A DNA stretch of 64,000 bases from Acidobacteriota bacterium (GCA_019244185.1 JAFATB010000014.1:256001-320000), one strand, 5' to 3'; numbered from the stretch's first letter, positions 21,301 through 30,847 are shown. Notes: a model not told the origin generated them from the sequence alone. Numbers and translations: made by a program.

Positions 21301-23626
21301 CTGCACGATTCCGCAGAACATCGCGCTCACGTACACCGGCAGCAAGGGTTGCCAGCCCGGCGTCGACTGTAAGACGGGCGAGGTGATCGCGTTCCATGCG
21401 CTGCGCGGCTCCACCGCATTACAGACCTGCGACGTCGCGGCCTGGACGTTCGGCGACACCGCGGTATCGAACTCGAAATCGCCGTCGCACACCTACACCG
21501 CGGCGGGCCAGTACCCCGTCCAGGTGACGATCACGAACTCGTTCGGCAGCTCTCCGGCAAACGTCACGATCAACGTCGTGCCCGATACGACGACCGGTGG
21601 CTGCACCCACGCCGTCTCGGAATCCGATTTCATCGTCGACTACACGGGCCAGACGAGCGGCTGCACGCTTCTCAATGGCTCGACGTGCCGTCGCTCCGAG
21701 TCGATGAAGTTCATCCCTCGCGGCGTCTTCTATACCTTCCAGAGCTGCGACAAATTCGAATGGAACTTCGGTGACGGCTCGGCTCTGTCGACCGAACAAA
21801 GCCCGGCCCATACCTTCGCCGGAACCGCTTCGACGTACCACGTCACACTGCGCGTCTACAACACCGCCAATGCCACCGGCGGCACCGTGGGCGTCGACAT
21901 CAGCGTCGACGGCGGCGCGCCGGTCAAGCCGGCACCGGTGCTGACGCCGGCGTTCCCCTCCACCGCATCGAAGAGCACGAGCGTCACCTTCAACGTGACC
22001 TCCGACATCGACGCCACGGGCTGGGTATGGAACTTCGGCGACGGTACGGGCAACAACAGCAGCCAGGCTTCGGCCGTCGGCAAGAGCAGCTCGATCACGC
22101 ATACGTTCGCCAACACCGGCACGTTCAACGTGCGCGTCACCGCGCGCAACGCCGCCGGCAACTCGGGCGATCCGACCGGTCAGGCGGCGGGCAACATCGT
22201 CGTCTCCGACACGCCGGAGTACCGATTCCTCCTGCCGGTCGTCACGCACATCGGCGGTCTCTCGAGCAGCCAGTGGCGCACCGACGTGCAGATCTACAAC
22301 CCCGATCCGAACGTCTCCGCCGCGCACCCGCTCGTGATGACGGCGGTCTTCGACAGCGCCAGCTCCGGCCACCACGAGCAGACGCTCAACATGACGCAGG
22401 CGACGTTCATCTACTCCGACTTCATGCGGAACTTCACCACGCAGGATGACGGCGGCCCGATCGTCATCTCCACCAAGGCGAAGGTCGCGCCGATGATCTG
22501 GACGCGCACGTACAACGTCGCGCAGGGCGGCGGCACGTTCGGCCAGTTCATCCCGGCCATTCCGCTCACCGACGGCGGCACGGGCGGGGCGGTGGCTCCG
22601 GGCAACTACTACCTCGCCGGACTCCGCAACGACGTCCGCTACCGCACGAACGTCGGCTTCGTGAATCCGACGCTCACGTCGATGAATGTCACGCTGAAGG
22701 TCTACGACGACCACCGCGTGAAGCTGAAGGAGTTCACCAAGACCCTCGATCCGTTCCAGCTCGTGCAGTTCCCGATCACGAGCGAGGTCTCGAACCTGCC
22801 GTCCGACGCGCCGTTCAGCATCGAGATCGACGTGCCGAGTGCGCAGTGGGTGATCGCGTACGCGTCGTTCATCGACGGCGCGAGCAACGATCCGGTGTAT
22901 CTGCAGGCGGTCCGCGACGGCGATCTCGCCTCCGAGGATTACCGCGTGAGCATCATCCCCGGCGTGGGTCACCTCACGCAGCCGGACGGTGATTGGCGCA
23001 GCGACGTCACGATCTTCAATCCGGACGGCGAGGGCGCGCAGCTGAAGTTCGAATACTTCGACGGCACCGGCACCAAGCGCGCCGAGGCCAGCGCGGTGCT
23101 CGATCCGCTGAAGTTCCTCCAGTACACCGACATCCTCAAGCAGGGCGTCCTCGGCGGCGGCGTTCCCGACTCCGCGGGCATCCTCAAGGTGACGGCGCTC
23201 TCGACGCACCAGCGTTACCCGATGACGTTCTCGCGCACGTACTTCGATCGCGGTGCGATCGGCTCGTACGGCCAGGGCATCCCGGGCTTCGCCGCCGCGC
23301 GTCCGAACGTCGCGCCGAACAAGCCGGCGGTCATCCCCGGCGTGCGCAACAACGCCGATTACAAGACCAACGTCGGCATGGTGAACATCTCCAGCACCGA
23401 CGTCGTCGTGCGCGTCACGCAGCTCGACTCCAACACCGGCGCGCCCGGCGACTACGAGGAGGTCACGCTGCATCCGAACCAGACCGTCATCGGCAGCTTC
23501 AGCTGGATTCAGGACAGCGGCACGCTGCGCGTCGACGTCACTGGCGGCACCGCGTGGGTCTTCGCGTCCATCATCGACGGCCACACCAAGGATCCGGAGT
23601 ACGTCGCGGCCACGCCGCTGCAGTAA
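18347..23626 (+). CDS. Large secreted PKD-domain surface protein (1759 aa)
   Basis: TTG start and signal peptide; PKD motifs WNFGD/WTFGD..HxY; Thr-rich Ig-like repeats; duplicated C-terminal module (WRTDVQIYNP..YRTNVG / WRSDVTIFNP..YKTNVG). Confidence 0.88.
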   Translation: MNVTRIFAALALLACLLFPAALHAQLYPFPGSDRQSPVLCTGCKGSNAAGEPNAGKPTWPYSQPIVRFVGRIVDSSSTGSVQNDGIRTLRAGRIRVAKTQRGSAPPRAYIQLGSAVAAYNLSTFFTTTLGSPLVAANHILTGQSFSVFPSRTPFEKFSQFDEFLYPEGRSTGWTTVIIDGQDRLFDYDYDDRGNLYAAYSVFGWGVVRDDGATGGGMLAPALSQTFASIDPAVISAFNVSSKYYAVVSDQNAITALLYDVTNPASPSLVATRTGRTNGITTWARYDNSRFLAVVNGDGQLRLYTYSGYLNNTPITTIAPASGKKFVDLDFDDTGKLWVAEAANNAATNALIRVTMSETGADVQRYPDAYHGNFNPVKISASAGYVVVGGNSYDDGAKALDARLFKVDATGPNYVDLGAFFRKYYHRAPAGYAQPSDDAGNYVSIMGGVDVVDSGGKTYLIYDVYGIGDVYEINAGNALDANSTGAPYGTVNPHAQSTDAGPYPGDVLKFTASATGTTGGVVPVSWDFDNEESGLANLAASNTGQTVTHQYTGISSASGITTRTVTATGTNDSSLTDSVTVPLKVPSARVLVPGVTNAVTASGALPKVVAGDTFFDASDGSVESHLARWNQDGTATNLKPDAGLPAGAMGSHTLTFSGAYGKYDSITLQSVGTPYSTPTLTFTYDVLPFLFNLKTPTKSGTNVTFGATPRVTGVTGTITATTWTVTWTLKDKNGTALTTPQTGSSAIGTIPNFVVPSSAVVSDSVVTLTVTVDPAGLAEAAQQFNTYTQSLTLTTPSPAVTKTGCAHALETCTLTASSATGGSTADWTFTWTLKKNGATVDTHTGNPYQPTIVEAGSYVAQVTAVQGIFEGTAQSSFTTAAALCGPGPTADSVSIDPTCITGCSTTETITFYVGLFGYSRQDCDTFTWNFGDQSATSTAVPATHKYSKNGTYRVSLTISNPSSASVTVNQTIVVGGTTEPPPPPPDCTIPQNIALTYTGSKGCQPGVDCKTGEVIAFHALRGSTALQTCDVAAWTFGDTAVSNSKSPSHTYTAAGQYPVQVTITNSFGSSPANVTINVVPDTTTGGCTHAVSESDFIVDYTGQTSGCTLLNGSTCRRSESMKFIPRGVFYTFQSCDKFEWNFGDGSALSTEQSPAHTFAGTASTYHVTLRVYNTANATGGTVGVDISVDGGAPVKPAPVLTPAFPSTASKSTSVTFNVTSDIDATGWVWNFGDGTGNNSSQASAVGKSSSITHTFANTGTFNVRVTARNAAGNSGDPTGQAAGNIVVSDTPEYRFLLPVVTHIGGLSSSQWRTDVQIYNPDPNVSAAHPLVMTAVFDSASSGHHEQTLNMTQATFIYSDFMRNFTTQDDGGPIVISTKAKVAPMIWTRTYNVAQGGGTFGQFIPAIPLTDGGTGGAVAPGNYYLAGLRNDVRYRTNVGFVNPTLTSMNVTLKVYDDHRVKLKEFTKTLDPFQLVQFPITSEVSNLPSDAPFSIEIDVPSAQWVIAYASFIDGASNDPVYLQAVRDGDLASEDYRVSIIPGVGHLTQPDGDWRSDVTIFNPDGEGAQLKFEYFDGTGTKRAEASAVLDPLKFLQYTDILKQGVLGGGVPDSAGILKVTALSTHQRYPMTFSRTYFDRGAIGSYGQGIPGFAAARPNVAPNKPAVIPGVRNNADYKTNVGMVNISSTDVVVRVTQLDSNTGAPGDYEEVTLHPNQTVIGSFSWIQDSGTLRVDVTGGTAWVFASIIDGHTKDPEYVAATPLQ

Positions 23627-23646
23627 GCCTCATCCCGTGCAGTCTT

Positions 23647-23682
23647 CGAAGTGGCGGGCTCCGGCCCGCCACTTCGCTTTTT
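23647..23682 (+). terminator. Rho-independent terminator
   Basis: cgaagtggcgggc-tccg-gcccgccacttcg followed by cttttt. Confidence 0.8.
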
Positions 23683-23718
23683 GGACGCCTTTCCGCGCAA
23701 CTCCGTAGAATGACGCCA

Positions 23719-24942
23719 ATGGAGCTCGCCGTCCGCGCCGTCGACGTGTCGAAACACTACGACATGTACCGCCGGCCGATCGATCGCGTGATCGAGGTGC
23801 TGACGCGGCGGCCGCGCCACGTCGTCTTTCCCGCGCTGGAAAGCGTCTCCTTCGACGTGAAGCAGGGCGAGACGGTCGGCATCATCGGCCAGAACGGCGC
23901 GGGCAAGAGCACGCTGCTCAAGCTTCTGTGCGGCGTCGCGCGGCCGAGCGCGGGCGAGCTGCAGACCCACGGCACGATCGCGTCGATCCTCGAGCTCGGC
24001 ACCGGCTTCCATCCGGAGTTCACCGGCCGCGACAACGCCGCGCTCAACGCCGCCATCCTCGGCCTCACGCAGGCGGAGATCCGCGAGCGCCTCCCCGCGA
24101 TCCTCGAGTTCTCCGAGCTCGGCTCGTTCGTCGACCGCCCGGTGAAGACGTACTCGTCGGGCATGTACATGCGCCTCGCGTTCTCCGTCGCGGTGAACGT
24201 GAATCCCGACATCCTCATCATCGACGAGGCGCTCGCCGTCGGCGACGGCCACTTTCAGAAAAAGTGCGTCGAGAAGATTCGCGAGTTTCAGGAAGAGGGG
24301 AAGACCATTCTCTTCTGCTCGCACTCGCTGTACTACGTCTCCTCGATCTGCCGCCGCACGCTGTGGCTCGATCGCGGACGCGTGATGCGCTTCGGCCCGT
24401 CGCTCGACGTCGTGCACGACTACGAGTCGTTTCTGCGCGAGCGCGACAAGCAGCTGCCGGCGAACGACGAGCCGGTGGAACGCGCCACGCCCGCGCGGTT
24501 TCGCGACATTGTGGTCTGCGATCGCAACGGCTTTCCGCGCGACCGCTTCGCGCGCGGCGAGGACATCCACGTGCGCGTGCGTATCGATTCCGATCAGCCG
24601 TCGCAGCCGCTGCACGTCATCGTCGGCGTGCATCGTTCCGCCGACGATCTGCAGGTCTTCGCCGTCGGGACGCACGCCGACGGCATGGCGCCGCTCTCCG
24701 GCCGTTCCGAATACGAGCTCACCGCGCGTCTGCTCGACGTGCCGCTCACGCGCGGCGACTACGAGATCATCGCCTTCCTCGGCGACGAGCACGCGATGGC
24801 GGTCTTCGACCGGCGCGACGTGCGTCCCGCGTTTGCGATGACCGGCGACCGCTTCGAGATCGGTCTCATGACCATCGATCATCGCTGGGACGCCGGCAGC
24901 GCCGCGGAGCCAGCGGCGGAGCTCGTGCGGCAGCGCCGATGA
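23719..24942 (+). CDS. wzt: Polysaccharide ABC exporter ATPase with C-terminal Wzt_C-like domain
   Basis: GIIGQNGAGKST, YSSGMYMRLAFS, IIDEALAVGD; about 160-aa beta-sandwich C-terminal extension; alternative start 23710. Confidence 0.93.
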   Translation: MELAVRAVDVSKHYDMYRRPIDRVIEVLTRRPRHVVFPALESVSFDVKQGETVGIIGQNGAGKSTLLKLLCGVARPSAGELQTHGTIASILELGTGFHPEFTGRDNAALNAAILGLTQAEIRERLPAILEFSELGSFVDRPVKTYSSGMYMRLAFSVAVNVNPDILIIDEALAVGDGHFQKKCVEKIREFQEEGKTILFCSHSLYYVSSICRRTLWLDRGRVMRFGPSLDVVHDYESFLRERDKQLPANDEPVERATPARFRDIVVCDRNGFPRDRFARGEDIHVRVRIDSDQPSQPLHVIVGVHRSADDLQVFAVGTHADGMAPLSGRSEYELTARLLDVPLTRGDYEIIAFLGDEHAMAVFDRRDVRPAFAMTGDRFEIGLMTIDHRWDAGSAAEPAAELVRQRR

Positions 24943-25973
24943 TCTCGCTGCTCGTCGTCAACTATCGTTCCGCCGTACTGGCCGCGGACGCGATCCGCAC
25001 CGCGCGCGCCGCGTCGTCGTCGCCGCTGCAGGTCGTCGTCGTCGACAACAGTGAAGATCCTGCGGAAGCGCATGCATTGCGAGGCATCGCTGATGTGTTG
25101 ATCGTGTCGTCTACGAATCGCGGCTACGCCGGCGGCATCAACGACGGACGCCGCGCGTGCGACGGCGACACCATCGTCGTGACGAATCCCGACGTGCGCT
25201 TCGCGCCGCAATCCATCGATCACCTGGTTGCCGCACTCGACGCGAAGACCGCGGTCGCGGGACCTGCACTCTTCTGGGACGACGCTCATGAATGGCGCTT
25301 GCCGCCGGGGGACCTCGGCACCGGTTGGCAGAAGCTCGACGAGCTGCTCGCGTCGCGCTCGCGCGCGTGGGCGGACGTGCGCGACGCACGCCGCAGCCGC
25401 GCGCGCATCGCCTTCTGGTCGCTTGCGGACACGACGCACGTGGCGATGCTCTCCGGCGCGGTGCTCGCGATCCGCGCGTCGGACTTCGACGCCGTCGGCG
25501 GCTTCGACGAGCGCTTTCGTCTCTACTTTGAAGAAGCGGACTTTCTGCGCCGCGTCGCTGCGCACCGCAAGCGCATCGCGTACGTGCCCGCGGCGCGTTG
25601 CCGGCATCTCTACAACCAGAGTGCGGGGCAGGAGCGCGAGACCGCGGCGGCGCGCTACGCGGAGTCGCAGCGGAAGTATCTCGAGAAGTGGAACGGTCCG
25701 TTCGCGGCGCGTGCTCTCGAACGTTTCGCGCGACCGCTGCCCGCACACGACGCGCAGCCGCTCGATGGTGCGTTGAGGCTCGATCGCGACGGCGTGGTCG
25801 TCGAAGTATCGCCGCTGGCGAGCTTCGCGACCGCTGCCGGATTTTTCGCAGACAGTCGCCACGTCGTGCTGCCGCCGGACGTACGTGCGGCGTTGCGCGA
25901 TGACGAGCTCTACCTGCGTGTCGTCGCGCGCGACACGGCGCGCGTACTGGCGACGTATAAAATCACCGCATGA
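24939..25973 (+). CDS. Glycosyltransferase family 2
   Basis: VVVVDN, NRGYAGGIN, TNPD, GGFDERFRLYFEEADF. Confidence 0.9.
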   Translation: MISLLVVNYRSAVLAADAIRTARAASSSPLQVVVVDNSEDPAEAHALRGIADVLIVSSTNRGYAGGINDGRRACDGDTIVVTNPDVRFAPQSIDHLVAALDAKTAVAGPALFWDDAHEWRLPPGDLGTGWQKLDELLASRSRAWADVRDARRSRARIAFWSLADTTHVAMLSGAVLAIRASDFDAVGGFDERFRLYFEEADFLRRVAAHRKRIAYVPAARCRHLYNQSAGQERETAAARYAESQRKYLEKWNGPFAARALERFARPLPAHDAQPLDGALRLDRDGVVVEVSPLASFATAAGFFADSRHVVLPPDVRAALRDDELYLRVVARDTARVLATYKITA

Positions 25974-27451
25974 GCTCGACCAGCGTCTCGGTCGTGGTGC
26001 CGTGCGGCGGACGCGAGCGCGAGCCGCGCCCGACGCTCGACGCGATCGCGCGCTATCTCGAGACGACCGGCTTCACGTTCGAGATCCTCGCGCCGCAGGA
26101 CGAGACGTTCGGCGGCGCGCTGCGCCGCGGCGTGAGCGATGCGCGCGGCGGCGTGGTGGTCATCGTCGATCCCGCGCTGCCGTATCCCGTGAGCGCGATC
26201 GGCGACGCTGTCGCGATGGTCGAGTCGGGCGCGACGGACATCGTGTTTGCCAGCGCGCGCGCGGATTTCCGCGGATCGGCGTTGCTGCGCGCGCTGCTCG
26301 TGCCGATCGTGCCCGATCCGCGTGTGCATCTCGCCGCGTTCTCCTCGTCCGCGGCGAAAATCGTCGTCGCCGAGTCGCGGCTGGTCTCGCGCGGCGTCGA
26401 GCTCGAGATCGCGTTTCTCGCGAACAAATACGGCTTCCGCATCGAGCGGCTCGTCGTCGGCGACGGTGCGCGCTCGCGCTCGTTCGGCGCGATCGGCGGA
26501 CTCGCTCCGGCGATCGCGATCCGCCTCGCGAACCGGCGCAACGCGTACCGTGCGGCGCGGCGCTGTCCCGTTTGTTTCTCGCATGAGGTTTGGAGCTGCG
26601 CGCAGATTCCGGGGAACGTCGTGCGCGCGTGCCGCCGCTGCAAATGCCGCTACCTGAATCAATTCACCGACGGCGAGAGCGGCCAGCCGGTGCGGCGCGT
26701 GCTGCGCGCGCACACTGATTCCGCGCCGCCGTCGTACGAGTCGCATTCGCCGTCCGCGCGCGAGAAGACGAGTCTGCGCCGCTTCAACGGGCTGCGCCGC
26801 CAGCTGCCGCTGCGCGCGCGCGTGCTCGAAGTCGGCGTGCGCGACGGCAGCTTCGGCGCGATCGCGGAACGCGAGTACGAATACGTCGGCATCGATCCCG
26901 CCTCCGCCGCGGCGCGCCACGCCCGCGCGCGCGGCCTCGACGTCTACTGCGCGTCGCTCTCGTCGTTCGTCAACACCGGCCCGGCGTTCGACGGCATCAC
27001 GCTCTTTCACGTCTTCGAGAACATGGCCGATCCGCACGACGCGCTCGCGCGCATCAAAGAGCTGCTCAAGCCGGGCGGTGTGCTGTTTCTCTCGACATTC
27101 GATACGGAAGGCCTCATTTATCTCTTCTCCGAGCAGAAGCGGATGGCGCAGAACTTCCGCACGCATCTCGTGCTGTACTCGCGCTCCGCGCTCATCGAGC
27201 TTCTCGAACACTCCGGCTTCGAGATCGACGACATCGGTCCCGACTTCGAGTATCGCGATCACAAGTTCCTGCGGCACTGGCTCGCGTCGCATCATCCGCT
27301 GCTCGCGCCGCTCGTGAACGCGATGCTCCGGCTCCTGCCCGATCCGCTCATCGTCAGCACCGGCTCGATCCGCATCGTGGCCAAGCGCCGCGCCGGGATG
27401 TCCGCGAACGCGCGCGCGATCCGCTCCGTCGAGCCCACGCATGCCCGATAG
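25970..27451 (+). CDS. Degenerate GT2-like domain + Zn-ribbon + class I SAM methyltransferase fusion
   Basis: N-terminus resembles a polyprenol-P glycosyltransferase without DxD; CPVC..CRRC; VLEVGVRDG, HVFENMADP, LKPGG. Confidence 0.75.
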   Translation: MSSTSVSVVVPCGGREREPRPTLDAIARYLETTGFTFEILAPQDETFGGALRRGVSDARGGVVVIVDPALPYPVSAIGDAVAMVESGATDIVFASARADFRGSALLRALLVPIVPDPRVHLAAFSSSAAKIVVAESRLVSRGVELEIAFLANKYGFRIERLVVGDGARSRSFGAIGGLAPAIAIRLANRRNAYRAARRCPVCFSHEVWSCAQIPGNVVRACRRCKCRYLNQFTDGESGQPVRRVLRAHTDSAPPSYESHSPSAREKTSLRRFNGLRRQLPLRARVLEVGVRDGSFGAIAEREYEYVGIDPASAAARHARARGLDVYCASLSSFVNTGPAFDGITLFHVFENMADPHDALARIKELLKPGGVLFLSTFDTEGLIYLFSEQKRMAQNFRTHLVLYSRSALIELLEHSGFEIDDIGPDFEYRDHKFLRHWLASHHPLLAPLVNAMLRLLPDPLIVSTGSIRIVAKRRAGMSANARAIRSVEPTHAR

Positions 27452-28457
27452 CGCATCGACGAGCGGCGCGTCGTTCACGATCCGCGCGTATCGCGACCGC
27501 GACGAGCGCGCGATCCTTGACCTCTTCGCGCGCTCGTTCCCGCACGCGCCGCGGGGCGTCGAGCACTTTCGCTGGAAATATCGCGAGAACCCGTTCGGCA
27601 ACGAGCACATCAGCCTCGCGTTCGACGCCGATGCGCGCCTCGTCGGACACTACGCCGGCTACGCGGTGCCGTTCCGCATCGACGGCCGCGACGTCCTCGC
27701 GCATCAGATCGGCGACACCATGACCGACGTCGCCATCCGCCACATCGGCCGCGGCCCGACCAGCATCCTCGGCCGCACGGCGCTGCACTTCTACGAGCAT
27801 TTCTGCGACGGCCGCGTCGCGTTCAACTACGGCTTCAACGTCGCCAACATCCAGAAGTTCTCGCTGCGCTTTCTCCGCAGCGATCGCGTCGAGCCGGTGA
27901 TGTATCGCGTGCGCGATCTTCGCGCGCATCCGCTCGCGCCGCTGCCGCGCATGCAGCGCTGGGCGCGTGGCTATCAGCTCGAGTTGGTGCGCGAGACGAC
28001 CGCGGAATTCGACGAGCTCTTCGCGCGCGTCGCGCCCGCGTATCGCTTTCTCGTCCGCCGCGACGCGCGCTACCTCCGCTGGCGTTATCTCGACTGTCCG
28101 GACACGCAGTACGTCGTCGTCGCGATTCGCAAGTGGCGCACGCTCGTGGGCTGGATCGCGTTTCGGATTCGCGAGAACCGTTTCGTGTGGGGTGACGCGC
28201 TGTTCGATCCCGACTTTGCCGATGCCGCCGAAGTCGTGCTGCGCCATGTCGTGCCGTCGTATCCGGTCGATGCGATCGAAGCATGGTTCCCGCCGCGGCC
28301 CGCGTGGTTCGACGCGACGCTGCGCGAGCTCGCCTTCGAGACGCGTCCCGAGCCGCAGGATCTCTCCGTGATGTGCGTGCCGTTTGCGCTCGCCGACGCC
28401 ACCGCGCGCATGCGTGACGGGCTGTACTACACGTGGGGCGACTCCGACCTCTTCTGA
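27441..28457 (+). CDS. GNAT-family N-acyltransferase
   Basis: IRAYRDRD, FRWKYRENP, LVGHYA, YGFN, RDARYLRWRY patterns of tandem-GNAT proteins in glycan loci. Confidence 0.75.
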   Translation: MPDSASTSGASFTIRAYRDRDERAILDLFARSFPHAPRGVEHFRWKYRENPFGNEHISLAFDADARLVGHYAGYAVPFRIDGRDVLAHQIGDTMTDVAIRHIGRGPTSILGRTALHFYEHFCDGRVAFNYGFNVANIQKFSLRFLRSDRVEPVMYRVRDLRAHPLAPLPRMQRWARGYQLELVRETTAEFDELFARVAPAYRFLVRRDARYLRWRYLDCPDTQYVVVAIRKWRTLVGWIAFRIRENRFVWGDALFDPDFADAAEVVLRHVVPSYPVDAIEAWFPPRPAWFDATLRELAFETRPEPQDLSVMCVPFALADATARMRDGLYYTWGDSDLF

Positions 28458-28514
28458 CGGCTGGCTCGCGCTCTGCAAGCCGTTCTCATCCGTCGGTACA
28501 ATGACGGCACGCCC

Positions 28515-28931
28515 ATGAGCATGACGCACGAACCGCGGGACACGAGAGACAAGCGCGTCGGCGCCGTCGATAAAAAGCGCGTGCTCGTCATCGACGACGA
28601 CCTTCCGCTGCGCGGCATGCTCGCCGCGGCGCTGCGGCAGCACGGCTTTCAGGTGCTGCTCGCGGGCGACGGCGCGGAAGGGCAGCGCGCGCTCACGATC
28701 CATCGTCCGGACATCGTGCTGCTCGATCTCGCCATGCCCGACGTCAACGGCTGGGATTTTCTGCAGCGCCTTCAGGAGACCGGCCACCTTGGCCGTTTCC
28801 CCATCGTCGTGCTCTCCGCGCACGCGCGCGTGGAGCCGCAGGCGCTGCTGCAGATGGGCGTCGCCGCGATTCTGCCGAAGCCGTTCAACCTCGGCGAGCT
28901 GATTGACCTCATCGAGCATCTCGCGGCGTGA
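28515..28931 (+). CDS. Single-domain response regulator (CheY-like)
   Basis: VLVIDDD, PDIVLLDLAMPDVNG, KPF. Confidence 0.92.
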   Translation: MSMTHEPRDTRDKRVGAVDKKRVLVIDDDLPLRGMLAAALRQHGFQVLLAGDGAEGQRALTIHRPDIVLLDLAMPDVNGWDFLQRLQETGHLGRFPIVVLSAHARVEPQALLQMGVAAILPKPFNLGELIDLIEHLAA

Positions 28932-29599
28932 TGGCTTCCGCGCGCGCGGCCGACGTTGCCTCGACGCTCGCGTCCCTCTACGACATCCGCTCGCTCCGCA
29001 CGTACGTCCGTTGGAAAGTGCGCAGCGATCCCGCGTACGCCGCCGTGCTCGCGCGCGTGCGCGACTACGCGCAGCCGCTGCTCGACCTCGGCTGCGGCGT
29101 CGGCTTGCTGCCGTTTTATCTGCGCGAGCACGGTGTCGGCGTGCCCATCCTCGGCATCGACTTCGACGACCGCAAGATCGACGTCGCGCGCAAGGCGGCG
29201 CAGCGCTATCGCGGCATCGATTTCATCCGAGGAGACGCGCGCGACGCGTTGCCGGAAGGCCACAACATCGTCATCCTGGACATCCTTCAATACTTTCCGA
29301 CGGCAGACCAGAAACGCATCCTGACGCAGGTCGCGAAAGCCGTCGCGCCGGAAGGAATCGTCGTCATCCGCTCCGGCGTGCGCGACGCGTCGTGGCGCTT
29401 CCGCATCACGCGCGCGGTCGATGCGTTCGGACGCGCGATCCGCTGGATGCGCGCGGAGTCGCTGAACTATCCGGCGCGCGAGGAGATCGTCGGCGCATTC
29501 GACGGCTTCCACGCCGGCGTCACGCCGTTGTGGGGCGGCTCGCCGTTCAACAACTATCTCTTCGTCTTCACGCGCGGAGCTGCGCGTCGTCCGGAATGA
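28928..29599 (+). CDS. Class I SAM-dependent methyltransferase
   Basis: LLDLGCGVG motif I; DILQY. Confidence 0.88.
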   Translation: MMASARAADVASTLASLYDIRSLRTYVRWKVRSDPAYAAVLARVRDYAQPLLDLGCGVGLLPFYLREHGVGVPILGIDFDDRKIDVARKAAQRYRGIDFIRGDARDALPEGHNIVILDILQYFPTADQKRILTQVAKAVAPEGIVVIRSGVRDASWRFRITRAVDAFGRAIRWMRAESLNYPAREEIVGAFDGFHAGVTPLWGGSPFNNYLFVFTRGAARRPE

Positions 29600-30308
29600 C
29601 GAACGCGTAGCCGCGCTCGTGCACCGCGTCGATGACGCGCTCGAGTGAGGGCAGCGAATGCGCGCGTCCCTGATGCAGCACGATGATCGCGCCGGGGCGC
29701 AGCCGCGGCAGGATGCGCGCGGCGATCTCCTCCGGATCGCTCACCACCGCGTCGAACGCGCGCGCCGTCCAGCCGATGAGGCGCATGCCGCGCCGCGCGA
29801 GCGCCGGATGCACGAACGGATTCTTCATCCCGACCGGCGCGCGGAACCAGCGCGGCGTCGCGCCGGTGATCTCCGCGAGCGCGCGGTTGCAGCCTTCGAT
29901 CTCATTCGCGATGCGCGCCGGCGGCGAGCACCAGAAGCTGCCTGCCGGATGCGTTTCCGAATGATTGGCTACGCTGTGGCCGCGCGCGAGCATCTCTTCG
30001 ACGAGCTCGCGATGCTGCGACGCGAGCGTGCCTTTCACGAAGAACGTCGCCTTCACGCCGCGCGCGGCGAACGAGTCGAGCAGAGCGCGCGTGTCGTCGG
30101 TCGGGCCATCGTCGATCGTCAGCCACACTTCTTTGCGCGGCGTATCGAAGTGCGTGATCACGTCGCCGAGCCACTGCACGTTCGGCCGCAGCGTCGGATA
30201 GAGAATCAACGCGTGCGAGAGCGCAAGCACCGCGATGCCGCCGAGCGGCGAGTGTGGCCACAACGCGACGAGCGCGAGCGGCGCGATCGCGGCGAAGCCG
30301 AGGATCAG
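29568..30308 (-). CDS. Polysaccharide deacetylase (NodB/CE4) with N-terminal TM; start uncertain
   Basis: LTIDDGP, NHSETH, FRAPVG, IIVLH; no ATG/GTG before the TM segment, CTG overlaps the upstream TGA. Confidence 0.85.
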   Translation of the reverse strand: MILGFAAIAPLALVALWPHSPLGGIAVLALSHALILYPTLRPNVQWLGDVITHFDTPRKEVWLTIDDGPTDDTRALLDSFAARGVKATFFVKGTLASQHRELVEEMLARGHSVANHSETHPAGSFWCSPPARIANEIEGCNRALAEITGATPRWFRAPVGMKNPFVHPALARRGMRLIGWTARAFDAVVSDPEEIAARILPRLRPGAIIVLHQGRAHSLPSLERVIDAVHERGYAFVIPDDAQLRA

Positions 30309-30847
30309 CCTTCGGATGCGAACCTCCGCTCCAGCCGCGCGATCGAGCCGCGCAGGAGAAACACGATCGCCGCCGCGACGACGTTCAGCATGACGATGCC
30401 GAGAAACTGCCACGCCACGAAACTGAGCCACGACTCCGAGCGCGCGTACACGAGCGCGCCGATGAAGATCAGCAGCAGATACGCGGCGTCGATCATCGCG
30501 ACGTGGCGCTCGATCGGCACGCGCACGAGCGGCAGCAACAGGCCGACCGCGTACAACGGAATCTCGATCAGCACGATCGTGACCGGCACCGCGGCCGCGA
30601 ACGCGAGCGGTAGCGGCCACGGCTCGAACAGCTCTCCCGCGACGAAGCAGAACACCATCAGCAGGATCCAGACGCTCACGCCGAACTGCTCGCCCGCGCT
30701 CTGATCGCGATCGATGAACAGCGCCACCTCTTTCGGCTCGGGACGCGCGCGGAGCAGTCGCAGATACGCGTACAACCGGAACAGCGCATAGCGGTGCCGC
30801 GACGGCAGCCACCGCGCCTCCGCATGTCCGCGAATCGTCTGCCTCAA
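30305..30847 (-). CDS. Hypothetical membrane protein (about 4 TM)
   Basis: Hydrophobic helices; TTGA overlap with the acyltransferase stop. Confidence 0.65.
   Translation of the reverse strand: MRQTIRGHAEARWLPSRHRYALFRLYAYLRLLRARPEPKEVALFIDRDQSAGEQFGVSVWILLMVFCFVAGELFEPWPLPLAFAAAVPVTIVLIEIPLYAVGLLLPLVRVPIERHVAMIDAAYLLLIFIGALVYARSESWLSFVAWQFLGIVMLNVVAAAIVFLLRGSIARLERRFASEG

Noticed and set aside
19916-23584. 493-aa and 721-aa minus-strand ORFs
   Set aside because: Antisense to the PKD protein, whose frame carries the recognisable motifs.
22993-23709. N-terminal extension of Wzt given by the ORF track
   Set aside because: Overlaps the PKD gene and crosses its terminator; the real start is 23710 or 23719.
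29568-30812. 414-aa version of the deacetylase
   Set aside because: Its first 168 codons overlap the membrane-protein gene in another frame and read as low-complexity shadow sequence.
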